Shown here: positions 61,663 to 64,000 of the stretch, one piece after another
Layout of the letters: each line of letters starts with the position of its first letter
Position numbering within the stretch: position 1 is the stretch's first letter
Assembly (NCBI GenBank): GCA_051313645.2
Contig: JBNRSN020000007.1
Location: forward strand, 182,094,001-182,158,000
Length of the DNA stretch: 64,000 bases
Reading direction: 5' to 3'
Origin: Centroscyllium fabricii
Taxonomy: Eukaryota
Program-made: the position numbers and the translations under genes
Notes under the pieces: model-generated
What the model was told of the DNA's origin: nothing
What the model saw: only the letters and a program-made list of their open reading frames with translations
Databases searched by the model: none

Positions 61663-64000
61663 TGTGACCGAAATAACGACCTCGTGGACGAGTAGTTAGA
61701 AGGGTGAAACAATACGGCTTTTATTCGCTAAATGGTGGACATGCACCAGCCAGTCGACCGTCCCCAGGAATGGCCGGGGGATGGGAGACGGCCGCTTATG
61801 TACCTCCTCCCGGGAGGGAGGAGTCGCAGGCGGAGCCAGCATGGGCATGTCCAGGTAATCGCACACAATAGGCTATGGTTGTAATGGTTCGGTTACGAAC
61901 CCAATAGCAGAACACTGGAGACAGTCTATAGTAAATGGGTGCTTTAATCCTAATTATAACAACAGTGCATCTAAAGATATCAAAACACATAGAGTATAAT
62001 CCACAATGCACAATAAAGCAACAGTAGTCCAAGATACCGATAGCCGGTAAGCCAGAGTTCAAATGTCCAAACCCCAATCCTTGGTGGTTGAAAAAGCAAG
62101 GCCCAAAAGTCCGGTGCTGCAGTACTTCCAATAATCACAGTTCAGGAAAGGACACTCCTTGATCGGTGTACCAGGTAATCTCACACGGCAGGAACCAGGA
62201 ATCCAAAAACGATTGGAAATGAATACAAATATAACTCCAGAAATAACAGGTAACAGGAAATAACAGAACTCTTAAACCAGCAGCATAGAAATAACACTCC
62301 GACAAAGTCCTAGGGCTAACAGGTGGCTTATATCTAGAATATGGACCAATCAGATGTGTTACATTACAATAGGTGATGATCCAATAATGAACTGCAGCCT
62401 AGACATTTAAAGTGACAGTCCACCCATGACAATGGTACAACATGGAGAATAGTACGATTACAGTAATACAGATATATACATAACAGGGTGGATATATACA
62501 GGAAAGAGTGGTTTACCACATTCACCCCTTCTTTAAAACAAAAGTCCGGCGGGGTGAACGCGACAGTTCTTTTAAATTACAAATTAAGTCGCTCAGGCAG
62601 CCTGGTGATCCTGGTTGATCGGCGCACCGCTGGTGGTGTCAGCGGTCGTGGAGTGGCCGGTCGGGTTGGTTGCACCGTTGGTGATGATGCCGGTTGACGA
62701 GCGATGGTCGGTTGCGTCGGTTGATTTCTCGTTGGTGCCCTTGCCGTGACAGTAGGTGGCGCACTCTCTCCCTCGTCGTCTGACTCTAGGGGGCGTGTAC
62801 TGTGGAGCCATGCTGGAGGCCATGCCGTGCTGCCTACAGGTGCCGGGTGGACGTACCGGGGTGCTGGATTCACGTGCCGGGGAGCGTACCTTGGCGCCGG
62901 TGGCCCGGGTGGAGTGGCTGGCCATCTTGGGGGCGCGGGCTGCTGGGCGGGGCTGGTTTTGGGGGCTCCCGCTGGCGCCAGGTCCTTGATGGACATGGTG
63001 TCCTCCCTCCCGTCGGGGTACGCCACGTAGGCGTACTGGGGATTGGCGTGCAGGAGGTGGACCCATTCGACCAGGGGGTCTGCCTTGTGGCCCCTCACGT
63101 GCTTCCGGAGTAGGACTGGTCCCGGGGATAGTAGCCACGATGGTAGCGAGGTCCCGGAAGCCGACTTCCTAGGGAAGGCAAAAAGTCGCTCGTGAGGGGT
63201 GGCATTAGTGGCCGTGCAAAGGAGGGACCGGATGGAGTGGAGTGCTTCGGGGAGGACGTCCTGCCAGCGGGAGACTGGGAGGCCTTTAGACCGTAGGGCT
63301 AACAGGATGGCCTTCCAGACAGTGGCGTTCTCCCTCTCTACCTGTCCGTTTCCCCGGGGGTTATAGCTGGTAGTCCTGCTAGTGGCGATGCCTTTGGCTA
63401 GCAGGAACTGACGCAGCTCGTCACTCATAAAGGAGGCCCCCCGGTCGCTATGGATGTAGCTGGGGTAGCCGAACAGAGAGAAGATGCTGTGGAGGGCTTT
63501 GATCACGGTGGCGGAGGTCATGTCCGGGCAGGGGATGGCAAAGGGGAAGCGGGAGTACTCGTCAATGACGTTAAGGAAGTACACGTTCCTGTTGGTGGAG
63601 GGAAGGGGCCCTTTGAAATCGACGCTGAGTCGTTCAAAGGGGCGGGTGGCCTTGATCAGATGCGCCCGGTCTGGCCGATAGAAGTGCGGCTTGCACTCCG
63701 CACAGACCTGGCAGTTGCTGGTCATGGTCTTGACCTCCTCGATGGAGTAGGGGAGGTTGCGGGACTTCACAAAGTGAACCAACCTGGTGACCCCCGGGTG
63801 GCAGAGGTCATTGTGCAGGGTTTGGAGACGGTCTGTCTGTGTGCTGGCACATGTACCGCGGGATAGGGTGTTTGGTGGCTAGAATGTGTCTGGCGTGGAC
63901 GATATTGGGTGCCCGGTTGTACTCCGCTTTGAGGATCCTGATAGCATCCAAGAATGATGATGCGTCCACGATCATGGAGTACACCTGAGGGCACACCTGG
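61663..64000 (-). mobile_element. Mag-like Gypsy element G (same family as F), internally deleted, continues past the window end
   Basis: 3' LTR 61663-62520, PPT, IN ORF 62577-63782 closely similar to F, joined to gag N-terminal sequence at ~63868. Confidence 0.9.
61880..62442. mobile_element. Solo LTR of another family nested in the element G LTR
   Basis: TGTAATGG...GTACAACA, flanks TGGT/TGGA; absent from the homologous F LTR. Confidence 0.7.

Overview
Vertebrate genomic DNA, most likely from a cartilaginous fish (inferred from HE1-type SINEs and HER1/CR1-type LINE tails). The only host gene I can support is SLC35C2 on the minus strand: seven coding exons (27838 to 1103) with canonical GT-AG ends and consistent phases, a CpG-rich 5' region near 28.0-28.3 kb, and the last exons outside the window. 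Intron 6 holds a defective retrovirus-like element resembling lokiretroviruses. It has a ~1.7 kb LTR, a PBS overlapping the gag ATG, gag-pol joined by a UGA-CUA readthrough-type stop, a degenerate plus a retroviral-type RNase H, and a deleted integrase core. The 36 kb upstream is a nest of Gypsy LTR elements (tRNA-Trp-primed CsRN1-like and Mag-like), LINEs, Penelope remnants with minimal hammerhead motifs, SINEs and MITEs. The most striking signal is in three different Mag-like families. They have no tRNA PBS; instead the 13-14 nt just after the 5' LTR are complementary to the family's own AATAAA-containing LTR segment and co-vary with it, suggesting self-priming and/or masking of the 5' polyA signal. 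Family names come from motif recognition only; no database search was run.
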